Assembly (NCBI GenBank): GCA_048268245.1 | Contig: JBLWVX010000003.1 | Coordinates: 32,001 to 96,000, forward strand | Reading direction: 5' to 3' | Length of the DNA: 64,000 nucleotides | DNA from: Arcobacteraceae bacterium | Lineage (GTDB): Bacteria; Campylobacterota; Campylobacteria; Campylobacterales; Arcobacteraceae | Shown here: positions 18,165-29,468 of the stretch, piece after piece | Position numbering within the stretch: position 1 is the stretch's first letter | How the letters are laid out: each line of letters begins with the position of its first letter | Made by a program: the position numbers and the translations under genes | The notes under the pieces: model-generated | Told to the model about the DNA's origin: nothing | The model's database searches: none | What the model saw: the letters and a program-made list of their open reading frames with translations, nothing else

Positions 18165-19754
18165 ATGACATTAGATGATTTTAAAGATAAACTTGATTCA
18201 AATAAAGAGAATAGTATTTTAAATACGCAAATCCAAGAGGCTTTAGAACTATTTGCTGATCTTGCAAACCTAGATGATATTTCGTATTATAAGTATGAGT
18301 ATGAATATAATAATTTCTTTCATAAATTAACTATTGATAAAGATGGAAATAGACTTGAAGAAAAAAGTCATAATGAACAAAAATACAGAATAACATTGAG
18401 AAAAAATAAACTTGTATATGGATATATATCTATTAATAAGCGAATAAAATCAACTTCTATTGTAAAAAAAATTCTAAATAAACTAATAAAATATCTAGAT
18501 AAGCAAAAAGAATTAGAAAAAAAACTTTTAGGTTCTGATGTATCTTTTAATATATATTTATTTCATGATGATACTTTAGATATGTTTGCCCAAAATCTAA
18601 AAGGTGGACTAGAAGGTCTTTTTAATGTTGATGTAATTGTAGATAATTCAATTGAAAAACATATATCTTCTATTCGAAGTAAAGAGACTAAGCATATAAT
18701 TGTTTATTTAATTGATGATGAAAGAAATATCAAGAAGTATGAATCTGTAATTAAGTCATTAAATGAATTAATAATAGTTTTAGGTCCAAATGACCATAAA
18801 ATATCTATGTATTGTGGGAAACTAGGAATTCAGAACTATATTTCTATAAATGAATTTAAAGCAGAAACAATAAAAGAAATAATTCTAAATACAAGAAATG
18901 AACTTCTAAATAAAAATAAATATGGGAATAAAATTATAGCTTTAAGTGGTATTTCAGGAGGTATAGGAACTACTACTATTGGTATGAATATGTCTGATTT
19001 ACTATCACAAAATTTACCTGATAAGAATATTTTATATATTGATTTATCAACTACAAAAGCTGTTAGCAATCTATTTTTACAAAAAAATCCACTTCCTAAT
19101 AAAACTATTGTTGATTTGATTAATACAAGTGAATTTCACTTGGAAAATAATCTTCAAAATGGTTTATGTAAAGTTCGTGAAAACTTTTATTGTATTACAG
19201 GAATTCAAAAACATATAGATAAAGAGTACATAGAAAAAGATGTATTTATTAGTAAACTTTTAGAGTATGTATCAAATTCAAGTGATTATTTTAATTTTAT
19301 AATTATAGATTTAGGTTTAGCAGATGCTTCAAATCTAAAGACAACTATATATGATATTGTAAATGAAATCTGGCTTTTAACAGAAATGAATCTTCCTCAT
19401 ATTTCAAAAGTAAAAACATTTTATTCTTTAATGAAAAGAGCAGGGTTAAAGGAGAAAATATCTTTTATTGTAAACAGATATGATTCTCAAAATGCAATTT
19501 CAGTGAATGATGTAACTTCAATTTTAAATATGACAAGTGGGGACAAAATACAATTTGATAATTATAAAATCCCAAATGATTATAAAACTTTAGGTAAATG
19601 TTGGAATTACTGTGAGTTAGCAAGTGTAAGTGATAAAGACTCACTATTTATAGAGAAACTTGAAGATATTTTGAAGAAAAAAGAGTTTTATCAAAGTGAA
19701 GATAAAAAAAGAAAAGAAGGATTCTTTTCATCTTTATTTAAAAAGAGTAAATAA
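18165..19754 (+). CDS. TadZ/CpaE-like protein with extra N-terminal domain
   Basis: C-terminal MinD/ParA fold (IIALSGISGGIGTTT, LYIDL, FIIIDLG, IVNRYD, IPND); central degenerate receiver-like region; directly upstream of the ATPase. Confidence 0.82.
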   Translation: MTLDDFKDKLDSNKENSILNTQIQEALELFADLANLDDISYYKYEYEYNNFFHKLTIDKDGNRLEEKSHNEQKYRITLRKNKLVYGYISINKRIKSTSIVKKILNKLIKYLDKQKELEKKLLGSDVSFNIYLFHDDTLDMFAQNLKGGLEGLFNVDVIVDNSIEKHISSIRSKETKHIIVYLIDDERNIKKYESVIKSLNELIIVLGPNDHKISMYCGKLGIQNYISINEFKAETIKEIILNTRNELLNKNKYGNKIIALSGISGGIGTTTIGMNMSDLLSQNLPDKNILYIDLSTTKAVSNLFLQKNPLPNKTIVDLINTSEFHLENNLQNGLCKVRENFYCITGIQKHIDKEYIEKDVFISKLLEYVSNSSDYFNFIIIDLGLADASNLKTTIYDIVNEIWLLTEMNLPHISKVKTFYSLMKRAGLKEKISFIVNRYDSQNAISVNDVTSILNMTSGDKIQFDNYKIPNDYKTLGKCWNYCELASVSDKDSLFIEKLEDILKKKEFYQSEDKKRKEGFFSSLFKKSK

Positions 19755-21355
19755 TGAGAAGTTTAAGAGATTTAATTGAAGATCAAGAAAAAAATAGCAT
19801 TAGTTTAGATGATAATGTTGTTGAAGAATCTACAGAAGAAGACTCTATTCTAAAAGAGACAAAAGAAAAAATCACTAAGATAAAAAAACAAGCAGTAAAT
19901 TCTTTATTACAGTTTCCTGATATTTATACAAACAAAGAGTTATATGATTTAGCTTTACGAATAAATGATAGTTTTATGATGAACTTAAAATCTGATCAGA
20001 AGATTACAGAAGAGAATCTTGAAGAAGTATTACCTGATTATATTCAATCTTATAACAAAGAAACTAGAACTTTATCTAAAGAGTATTTAGAAGATATAAA
20101 ACAAATGATTATAAATAATATTGTAGGTTATGGTCATATATCTACAATATTTGACATTGCTAAAGATGGATTAAATGATGTAATTATAAATACAAAAGAT
20201 TATGTAGATATTATTTATAAAGGTAAAACAGAACAAACCCCTTTTACTTTTAGAAGTGAAGAAGAGCTTAGAAAAATTATAGATAAAATGCTTGCTGAAA
20301 ACAATAGAAAAATTGATGAAGCACATCCTATTATTTCAAGTAAATTAAATGATGGTTCAAGGGTAGAAGTTCAAATCCCACCAATTGCTGCAAACGGTGG
20401 AAGTTGTGTGACAATTAGAAAATTCAATGAAATACCACTTTTATTAGAAATGCTAATTGATGCAGGTCAGATGGATATGAAAATGGCATATTTTCTAGTA
20501 AAAGTTTCAAAAGGAAAATGTAATATTATTGTATCTGGTGGTACATCAAGTGGTAAAACAACTTTCTTAAATGCAATGACAAGGTTTGTTGATGGAAATG
20601 AACAACTTATGGTTATTGAAGATACAAAAGAGATGCAACCTCAAATGCCTTGCCATTCAATTAGGTCTTATGAATCAAGAATGGCAAACGAAGAGGGTAA
20701 AGGTGCTATTCCTTTAGAGTATCTTTTAAGATCAGCTCTAAGATCAAGTCCAAGAAGGATTATTGTAGGTGAGTGTAGAGGACCTGAGATTGTAACAATG
20801 TTAAATGCTATGAATACAGGTCACCCAGGTTCTATGACAACTGTTCATGCAGATAGTACAAAAGAAGCTCTTGTTAGAATTGAAAATATGTACTTAGAAG
20901 CCAGACCAAGTGCTAATATTAATTTTATTAGAACTCAAATTGTTTCAGCAGTTGATTTAATCATTCAGTTAGTTAGATTTCCAGATGGTACTAGAAAATT
21001 AGTTGCTATTTCAGAGATTGAGCGAAGAATGGAAGATAATGGAGTTGTATCTTTAAATAATATCTTTGAATTTAAAAGAGATACAAGTGATCTTAAAAAA
21101 ACAAAAGGAGAGTTTCAAACTCTATCAACTCCTACTAGAACAATAGATCAAATGAATATGTTTGGTGTAGATATTGATAAAAGAGTGTTTGATCCAAATT
21201 TTGAGATGCCTAAATCAATGCTTATCGAAGCACTTGAAACAGATTTACCATCAGTTATGTGTGGTTGGAAGGATGAGTTCCTGAAAGTGTTTATTGAAAG
21301 AGATCCTCAGCTTTTTCATAAATGGCCACATTTTTTAAAGATGAAAGAAGAGTAA
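19754..21355 (+). CDS. tadA: Tad pilus ATPase TadA/CpaF
   Basis: DGSRV, TIRKF, Walker A GGTSSGKTT, IEDT.E, IIVGECRG.E, AMNTGHPGSMTTVHA. Confidence 0.95.
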   Translation: MRSLRDLIEDQEKNSISLDDNVVEESTEEDSILKETKEKITKIKKQAVNSLLQFPDIYTNKELYDLALRINDSFMMNLKSDQKITEENLEEVLPDYIQSYNKETRTLSKEYLEDIKQMIINNIVGYGHISTIFDIAKDGLNDVIINTKDYVDIIYKGKTEQTPFTFRSEEELRKIIDKMLAENNRKIDEAHPIISSKLNDGSRVEVQIPPIAANGGSCVTIRKFNEIPLLLEMLIDAGQMDMKMAYFLVKVSKGKCNIIVSGGTSSGKTTFLNAMTRFVDGNEQLMVIEDTKEMQPQMPCHSIRSYESRMANEEGKGAIPLEYLLRSALRSSPRRIIVGECRGPEIVTMLNAMNTGHPGSMTTVHADSTKEALVRIENMYLEARPSANINFIRTQIVSAVDLIIQLVRFPDGTRKLVAISEIERRMEDNGVVSLNNIFEFKRDTSDLKKTKGEFQTLSTPTRTIDQMNMFGVDIDKRVFDPNFEMPKSMLIEALETDLPSVMCGWKDEFLKVFIERDPQLFHKWPHFLKMKEE

Positions 21356-21358
21356 ATT

Positions 21359-22285
21359 ATGAGTAATTTAGTTCTATTTTTTATCATAGTAATTCCTATA
21401 CTATTTATAAGTTTTGCTTTTTATTTATACTCATTTTATGTGAAAATGAATCAGCAAAAAGTGATAATAAATACTTTAGTAAATACAAATAGTAAAATCC
21501 TAGATAATAATAGAAATGATAATGTATTCGAAGATGATACAAATTTTTTAAGAAAGAAACTTAGATTTGCAGGCTTCTCTACTCAAGGTGCTGAGTATGT
21601 TTTTTTACTTATTTGTATTGGTTTTGGACTTTTAACAAGCTTTTTTATTTTTTTAATAGCAAGTTCTAAGATCATATTTGTATGTACATTTTTTATATTT
21701 ATGGGCTTTCCTTATTTGGTTTTAGTAAATATTATAAAAGCTAGACAAGAAGAGTTTAACTTTGCATTAAAAGAGATTATTGATAAAGTTACTAGTATGA
21801 TGAGAAGTGGTGTAGGTTTTGAGCAAGCTTTAAAAAAATCAATCCTTACTTCAAAATCAAAACTTGCACAAAAAGTTCTAGGTATTTATATAAATGAAAA
21901 ATCAGTTATAGGTGAAGATAAATGTTTTGAGAAGATGTTTAAACTTATTGAGTCTAAAGAACTTAGAATTTTTTATCTTACAATTTCAATTGGTAGAAAA
22001 TCAGGTGGTAAGTTTTCAAATACTTTAGAAAAACTAAGAAAAACACTACATGACCAAGGGGAAATAAAACAAGAAATTACATCTTCAACAAAAGAGATAA
22101 AAGTGGGTACTTATATGATTATAGGGCTTATTATTTTTACATATATTATGATGAATAGTGCATTAAATGATTCTTTAAATGCTCACTTTTTTGGTAGTGA
22201 TACAGGTAAAATCCAAATGTTTTTTATTATTGTTTGGATTTCTTTTGGACTATTTGTAAATAGCTTATTAACAAAGATAAAATGA
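21359..22285 (+). CDS. tadB: Tad inner-membrane platform protein TadB
   Basis: T2SSF-like features (MRSGVGFEQAL, GGKFS..L); follows tadA. Confidence 0.87.
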   Translation: MSNLVLFFIIVIPILFISFAFYLYSFYVKMNQQKVIINTLVNTNSKILDNNRNDNVFEDDTNFLRKKLRFAGFSTQGAEYVFLLICIGFGLLTSFFIFLIASSKIIFVCTFFIFMGFPYLVLVNIIKARQEEFNFALKEIIDKVTSMMRSGVGFEQALKKSILTSKSKLAQKVLGIYINEKSVIGEDKCFEKMFKLIESKELRIFYLTISIGRKSGGKFSNTLEKLRKTLHDQGEIKQEITSSTKEIKVGTYMIIGLIIFTYIMMNSALNDSLNAHFFGSDTGKIQMFFIIVWISFGLFVNSLLTKIK

Positions 22286-23127
22286 TGGATAAAACACTTA
22301 TTGTATTTATACTAGCACCAATGTTAATAGCAGTAGCCATAATTGCAACAGTGCTAATACTTCAGAGAAAGAAACAGCAAAGAAATATTGTACTTCTTTC
22401 AAAGTTAGATAATAAAGCAATTATAGAAGAGCAAAAAAAAGGCGAAAATAAAAGTAATGATAGTTTGAATATGCAATTAATTCAAGCAGGAATTACTTAT
22501 AAAGAGTATACAGAAGCAAGACTTCTTTTTGCTTTGATTGGAATAATTATAATGGGAGTTCTACCATTTTTCTTCTCTTTTATAGTTGGAGTAATTAGTG
22601 TAATTGTAGGTATTTTATGTATTGCATTTGGAGGAAAGTTTTATTTATCAATTGCAAAGGCAGAGAGAATTGAAAAAATTGATAAAGATTTAGGGATTTT
22701 TCTTGATTTAGTAAATGTAATTCTTGAAGCAGGAGGAAGTTTAAAAAATGCCTTTTTTGAAGTTTCTAAAAGAGCCCATGGAATTATTGATGAAGAGTTA
22801 CTAAAAGAAATCTCTATTTTAGAGTACGAAATGACAAATTACTCTACAAAAGTAGCCTATGAAAATCTTAAAAATAGGGTCGATAGTAGACAACTTGATA
22901 AAATAGTGGATTTTTTGATACTTAGTGAAGAGACAGGTATTGGAGTAAAAAACATTTTTACAATGCAATCAGATGAAATGAGAAAAGAAAAGTTCTATAA
23001 AATAAAAGGGAAGGTTAATACTTTAAATATGTATTTGATGCTGATTATTTTCCTTTTTGTTTTACCAGCATTTGGAGCATTTATTGTTTTCCCTATTATG
23101 GGTGGAACACTAACAATTGGAATATAA
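22282..23127 (+). CDS. tadC: Tad inner-membrane platform protein TadC
   Basis: FLDLV...LEAG.SL..A, SEETG, LFVLPA. Confidence 0.88.
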   Translation: MMDKTLIVFILAPMLIAVAIIATVLILQRKKQQRNIVLLSKLDNKAIIEEQKKGENKSNDSLNMQLIQAGITYKEYTEARLLFALIGIIIMGVLPFFFSFIVGVISVIVGILCIAFGGKFYLSIAKAERIEKIDKDLGIFLDLVNVILEAGGSLKNAFFEVSKRAHGIIDEELLKEISILEYEMTNYSTKVAYENLKNRVDSRQLDKIVDFLILSEETGIGVKNIFTMQSDEMRKEKFYKIKGKVNTLNMYLMLIIFLFVLPAFGAFIVFPIMGGTLTIGI

Positions 23128-23145
23128 ATTTAATAAGGATTTTAC

Positions 23146-24351
23146 ATGCAAGCTAACAAACAAATAATTATAATACTAATACTAGCCTCGCTACTATTTT
23201 CAGCACTTGGGGCTGCTTTTTATTTTTTTAAAAAGAATAAACAAGCCCAAAAGAGTAATAATGAACTTGTCACAATTTATATTGCAAAAGCTGATATAAA
23301 AAAAGGAACATTAATTACTGTAGATCAAATGGCCCAAACTAAAATAGCAAAACAATTCTTATTAAATAAACCATTGATGAAAAAAGAGATTATTGGAAAA
23401 TATACTAGTGAAAAAATCTTTAAAAATGAGATGTTCTTAAAACAAAAACTATCAACACAAATTGAGAAAGAAAGAGCTAAAGTTCTTGATTTTACTAGCA
23501 GTAGTTACAACATGAAGTTTGATATGTTTGATAACCCCAATTATACTTTAGTTCAAGGGGATTTTATAAATATCATATCTGTTCTTCCAAAGGGAAAACC
23601 TGATAATAAAGGTAAATATTCAGATTTTGATGTTCAATATATAGCAAATAATATTAAAGTTTTAGGATTTATTAAAGATGGTGTAAATGAGTCTTCAAGT
23701 ATTACAAAAGAAAAAATTAAAAAAGTAATAAAGAAAAAAGTTGTAGAAGAAATAGTAAATATAAAAGCAAATGAAATGATACTTGATATAGATCCAAATG
23801 TTTTGATTTCACTTATTAAAGATTATAATAAAGGAAATCAATTATGGATGGTAAAAACTAAAGAGTCTATTCAGATTAAACCACTTGATGAAATGACAAA
23901 AGAAGAAACAAAAGAGTTTAAAAAAGAAATAAAAGAACCTTTATCAAAAGAAAATAAAAAAGTAAAAAAAGTATATAAGCCAAAGGTTTATAAGTACCAA
24001 TGGTATAAATCAAAGGTTAATACTATTACTAAAAGTGCAGTAATTGATTATACAAATGATAAAGGTGATAGTAAAACTAAAAAAAGAAGTGTAGAAATAA
24101 AAGTTGATTCACAAAGGATATGTAACTCTATAAAAGATAAGTTTATTATAGGAACATCTGCAAGGTTTTATATAAGAAATGAGCCAACAACTAGATCAAG
24201 TAAAAAAAGTATCTTAGAAAAAAATACAATTATTCCTTATGTTGAAAAATTAGACACTTGGTATAGGACTTGTGATGGACAGTTTGTAAGTTCAAAAGTT
24301 GCAAATGAGATTTCATATTCAAATGCAGTAAAAAAAGCAGGTAAAAGATGA
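23146..24351 (+). CDS. RcpC/CpaB-like protein (TM-SAF-RcpC) with C-terminal SH3-like domain
   Basis: N-terminal TM; SAF motif IYIAKADIKKGTLIT; LVQGDFINII, NIKVLG; tail YIRNEPTTRS...WYRT.DG.FVSS. Confidence 0.8.
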   Translation: MQANKQIIIILILASLLFSALGAAFYFFKKNKQAQKSNNELVTIYIAKADIKKGTLITVDQMAQTKIAKQFLLNKPLMKKEIIGKYTSEKIFKNEMFLKQKLSTQIEKERAKVLDFTSSSYNMKFDMFDNPNYTLVQGDFINIISVLPKGKPDNKGKYSDFDVQYIANNIKVLGFIKDGVNESSSITKEKIKKVIKKKVVEEIVNIKANEMILDIDPNVLISLIKDYNKGNQLWMVKTKESIQIKPLDEMTKEETKEFKKEIKEPLSKENKKVKKVYKPKVYKYQWYKSKVNTITKSAVIDYTNDKGDSKTKKRSVEIKVDSQRICNSIKDKFIIGTSARFYIRNEPTTRSSKKSILEKNTIIPYVEKLDTWYRTCDGQFVSSKVANEISYSNAVKKAGKR

Positions 24352-24791
24352 AAAATCAAACAGTAAAAAATAAACCTAATTTAAAAGATGCTGTAGTAGA
24401 GCAAATCATTTTATGGATTGTTATATTTATATCTTTTGTAAGTATTTTATTTTTTATTATTGATTATTCAAATGCACTAAAAGCTAGTGAAAATGCAGAT
24501 TCAATTGCTAATTACACAGCAAGAATGGTAGCACTAAATGAATCGGAAAGTGATATTGCTGATGGTATTAATAGAATAAAAGGTGATTATGTACAAGCAG
24601 TTACAACAGCTGGTATTTCTTGTACAGAAGATACAACTGATGCAAGTAGACAAGTAATAGTAAATGTATCTGGAACACTACCAAATAATATTATTCTAAC
24701 AGGAAGTAATAATATAAACTCAAAAGCAGTAGTTTATAATGAAAGTAGTGAATATAAAAAAGAGTGTAGTATAGCACTTAGCTTTAACTAG
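24348..24791 (+). CDS. TadE/F-like minor pilin
   Basis: Basic leader, hydrophobic helix, then A...A..TARMVAL; two Cys; inside the Tad operon. Confidence 0.7.
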   Translation: MKNQTVKNKPNLKDAVVEQIILWIVIFISFVSILFFIIDYSNALKASENADSIANYTARMVALNESESDIADGINRIKGDYVQAVTTAGISCTEDTTDASRQVIVNVSGTLPNNIILTGSNNINSKAVVYNESSEYKKECSIALSFN

Positions 24792-24800
24792 GAGAGAGTT

Positions 24801-26285
24801 ATGAAAGTAGTATTAAAAAGTTTATTTATTTTATGTATATTTTTAAGTATAGGAAATACAAATGAGCTTATAAGTAAAAATTTACATGATAAAAACATAT
24901 CCGTAAGCAAAGGTTCATTTAAAGTCTTTGAGTTTAAAAAGATGATTAAGAATATAAAAGTAAGTGATGAGTCTATGATAGATGTAGACTTTTTAGAAAA
25001 TAGTGAAAAGCCTTTGCAGGCTATAAAAGTGTTTACTAAAAAACTTGGAAATGGAAATATCCTAGTTACTTTCTATGACTCAAGTTCATTACATATAAAT
25101 ATAAATATCACTGAAAATTTAAATACTATAGTTGAAGTTGCAAATATAATAAGTCCTAAGTTAAAAGTAAAACAAACTAATGGAAAAGTAATCTTAAGTG
25201 GAAGTGTAAAGAATCAAAAACAAAAAGATAAGATTTTAGACTTATTTAAAAAAGCAGGTGTGAATCTAGAGACTGATTTAGTTGATTTAGCTACACTTGA
25301 AAATCCAGATAAGATGGTAAGAATCAAGCTTTATGCAGTTGAAGTAAATAATGATAAAGGGCTTACAATAAAGAATAATTGGTTTAGTTCAGGTAAGAAC
25401 TATATTCAAAATATTAATGATGAAGGACTTTATTATAATACTCCTTTGGATTATTCTGGAAGTACTCAAGAATATAGCGATGCAAATAATCAAAGAAATA
25501 TTTTAGTACATGATGCAATTGATAATCTTATGAAAGATGCAGTATCTCTAACAGGTGGATTAACTGGTGCTGCTAATGTATTAGGTAAATATTTTAATGT
25601 AGGAGTTACTTTAAACTACTTATCTTCAAAAGGTGTAGCTGAGGTTTTAGATGAAACAACACTTTTAACATTAGAAAACCAAGAAGCAGATTTTTTAGCA
25701 GGTGGAACTTTAAATATAAGAACACAAACTACAACTTCTCAAGGTGTACCATCAACTGAATTAAAAGAGATAAAGTATGGTTTACAACTTAATATAAAAG
25801 CTAAAAATATTGTAGATGATAAGTTTATAAAACTAAATATTGTTACAAAATCAAGTAGTGCAGATTTTGCAAATACAGTAGATGGAATCCCAAATATTAC
25901 AGAGAAATCAATCACTACAAATGTAGTAGTAGCAAATAAATCTACTATTGTTTTAGGTGGTTTAATAAATAGAAAAAATGCAAGTGATATAGAAAAAATA
26001 CCATTACTTGGGGATATTCCAGTATTAGGGTTTCTATTTACAAGTAAAGCTTTTAAAGAAGGGAAAAGTGAGCTAGTGTTTTTTATTACACCTGAAATAG
26101 TTGATCCAAAAGCAAACAACCAACAGCAAGAGTTCTTACAAAAAACAACATTTACAAAAGCCATAGATGAAAAATTTGAAAATGATAAAAAAGAAGTAGA
26201 GAAAGAAAAAAATAAAAGTTTTAATAAAAAAGAAGACTCACAAAGCTTACATGAGCAAAGAGTAAAAGAGATTTTAGGATATTAA
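24801..26285 (+). CDS. rcpA: Tad secretin RcpA/CpaC
   Basis: Signal peptide, Ig-like N domain, BON-like segment (VILSGSV), A.FLAGG, YGLQL, IPLLGDIPVLGFLF, ELVFFITP. Confidence 0.92.
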   Translation: MKVVLKSLFILCIFLSIGNTNELISKNLHDKNISVSKGSFKVFEFKKMIKNIKVSDESMIDVDFLENSEKPLQAIKVFTKKLGNGNILVTFYDSSSLHININITENLNTIVEVANIISPKLKVKQTNGKVILSGSVKNQKQKDKILDLFKKAGVNLETDLVDLATLENPDKMVRIKLYAVEVNNDKGLTIKNNWFSSGKNYIQNINDEGLYYNTPLDYSGSTQEYSDANNQRNILVHDAIDNLMKDAVSLTGGLTGAANVLGKYFNVGVTLNYLSSKGVAEVLDETTLLTLENQEADFLAGGTLNIRTQTTTSQGVPSTELKEIKYGLQLNIKAKNIVDDKFIKLNIVTKSSSADFANTVDGIPNITEKSITTNVVVANKSTIVLGGLINRKNASDIEKIPLLGDIPVLGFLFTSKAFKEGKSELVFFITPEIVDPKANNQQQEFLQKTTFTKAIDEKFENDKKEVEKEKNKSFNKKEDSQSLHEQRVKEILGY

Positions 26286-26294
26286 AAAAAGAGC

Positions 26295-27434
<1,140 letters not shown>

Positions 27435-27459
27435 TTAAAATTTCGCAATTATATCTAAA

Positions 27460-27942
27460 TTATGTTGATAGTTTTTCTTCTAGTTGTTTTTTTAAACTTT
27501 CATTCTCTTCTTTTAGAGTTTTGATTTTTAAAAGTAGTTCTTTTCTCTCATTTGCAGGTTCAATTGCTTTAGATATTGATATAATAATATTTCTAATATC
27601 AATTGGTTTGATTATGTAAGAGGTGATTCCAAGTTCTATTGCTTGTTTTAAGTAGCTTATATCTTGATGGGCAGTTGTGATTAAAACAGGAACATCTTTA
27701 TTGATTTTTTTTATTTCTTCAATCATTTCTAAGCCATCCATGTTAGGCATGGAAAGGTCTGTAACTATAATATCAATTTCTTCTTGATTCTCTATGAACT
27801 TTTCTAAACCATCCTTCCCATCAACTGCAGGGATAATCTTGGCATTTACAAGTTCTAATGTTACTATAGTATTTTGCTGTATAGCATTATCATCTTCTAC
27901 GTATAAAACTGTTATGTCTTTTAACATTTGTTCATTAATCAT
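27460..27942 (-). CDS. Response regulator: receiver domain plus short coiled coil, no DNA-binding domain
   Basis: VEDD, D.SMP.MDG, TAH, KP motifs; leucine-zipper-like tail. Confidence 0.92.
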   Translation of the reverse strand: MINEQMLKDITVLYVEDDNAIQQNTIVTLELVNAKIIPAVDGKDGLEKFIENQEEIDIIVTDLSMPNMDGLEMIEEIKKINKDVPVLITTAHQDISYLKQAIELGITSYIIKPIDIRNIIISISKAIEPANERKELLLKIKTLKEENESLKKQLEEKLST

Positions 27943-28066
27943 TATATTTAGGCCTCTTTTGATAACTTATAGTATCTATAGTTGGATAAAAAAGTTATTA
28001 AATCTTGCTTTTATTAATATTATTTAATTTTAGATATAATGATAAATATTTACACAAAGGTCATAA

Positions 28067-29467
28067 ATGAAATTACTTTTAGTTTTTATTCTAAGTATTA
28101 GTTTTTTATACTCAAAAGAGCTTAAATCAATCACACTAGAAGAAGCAATTCAAATAGCTTTAGAAAACAATAAAAGAAATAAAGTGTCTAAACTAGCTTT
28201 AGAAGTTGCAAATGCACAATATAACCAAGCATTAAGTGCAAACTATCCAACTATAAATGCAATGTTGGTTGGTATTAGAAAAGATGAAAATCCTATTTAT
28301 CAGCAAAGAGGTGAATTTACATTACCAGATGGATTAAAAAATTTGTTAGAAGGTTTAGCTAGTGCACAGGCAGGTCAGCAAGTAACTATTGACCCTACAA
28401 TTCCAGCAAATATGAATACAACAAGTTACGGTAGAGATATAGTAAAAGGTTCAATTAATGTACAATACCCAGTTTATACAGGTGGAAAAATCTCAGCTAT
28501 CATTGAGCAAGCTAAACTAAACAAACAAATTGCTTTTAATGCTATGAAAAGAGAAGAAGAGAGTGTTGTATTTGATACTAAGAAATACTTTTATGGATAT
28601 GTATTAACAAATGAGTTACATAAAATTGCTAAAGACTCTTATGAGAGAATGCAGTTTATTTCAGATTTGACTAAAAAGTTTTATGAAAGTGGTGAGTCTT
28701 TAACTGTTAAAAAAACTGATTATTTATCAGTTCAAGTTACAGTTACATTAATAGAATCAATTGTTTCAAAACTTGAAGCAAACAAAAATCTTGTAAAATC
28801 AGCTTTAATTAACTCTATGGGTTTATCATGGGATAGTGATATAAATATCTCATATACAAATAGATTAGTTCCTCCAAATTACACTCTTGCAAAATTAGTT
28901 GAAAAAGCATACTCTTCAAATAAAGATATAAATGAAATAGATATAGCTTTAAAGGTTACAAAAGAGCAAATAAAAGAGAAAAAAGCCGGACATTATCCTA
29001 CTTTAGCTTTTATGGGTGAAGTTTCAAGAACTTATAACTCATATGAGTATGGTTTTTTAAATGAAGACCAAAGAAATAGATGGAATATAGGTTTTGCAGC
29101 AAACTTACCACTATTTGATGGGTTTAAAACTACAAGTGAAGTAGAAGAAAAAATTGCTGAAAAAAAGAAAATGTATCTAATAAGAGATATGTTAAAAGAT
29201 GCAGTAGCTATGCAAGTTAAAAATGAGTTAACAAATGCACTGATTGGTTTTAAACAAATCAAAACACTTAAAAAAGCAAAAGAACTTGCTAAAGATAGTA
29301 GAGAATTAAATATAAGAGCTTATCAAATTGAAGCAGTTGAGCCAAAAGATGTAGTTCAAGCTCAATATATTGAAGCTTATGTAAAAGCAGATTATTTAAA
29401 ATATGTACATGATTATTTAATCTCATTAGCAAAAATTGATAAACTAGTTGGAAAAGAGTTAAAATAA
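28067..29467 (+). CDS. TolC-family outer-membrane protein
   Basis: Signal peptide; ITLEEAIQIALENN; two OEP repeats (YPT..., PVYTGG / PLFDG); L.KLVG end. Confidence 0.92.
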   Translation: MKLLLVFILSISFLYSKELKSITLEEAIQIALENNKRNKVSKLALEVANAQYNQALSANYPTINAMLVGIRKDENPIYQQRGEFTLPDGLKNLLEGLASAQAGQQVTIDPTIPANMNTTSYGRDIVKGSINVQYPVYTGGKISAIIEQAKLNKQIAFNAMKREEESVVFDTKKYFYGYVLTNELHKIAKDSYERMQFISDLTKKFYESGESLTVKKTDYLSVQVTVTLIESIVSKLEANKNLVKSALINSMGLSWDSDINISYTNRLVPPNYTLAKLVEKAYSSNKDINEIDIALKVTKEQIKEKKAGHYPTLAFMGEVSRTYNSYEYGFLNEDQRNRWNIGFAANLPLFDGFKTTSEVEEKIAEKKKMYLIRDMLKDAVAMQVKNELTNALIGFKQIKTLKKAKELAKDSRELNIRAYQIEAVEPKDVVQAQYIEAYVKADYLKYVHDYLISLAKIDKLVGKELK

Positions 29468-29468
29468 T

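Noticed and set aside
17455..26285. Type II secretion system, type IVa pilus or conjugative element
   Set aside because: A CpaF-type ATPase, paired TadB/TadC, a SAF protein, a short pilin and a methylase-less peptidase indicate Tad. No relaxase, VirB4, integrase or att repeats were seen.
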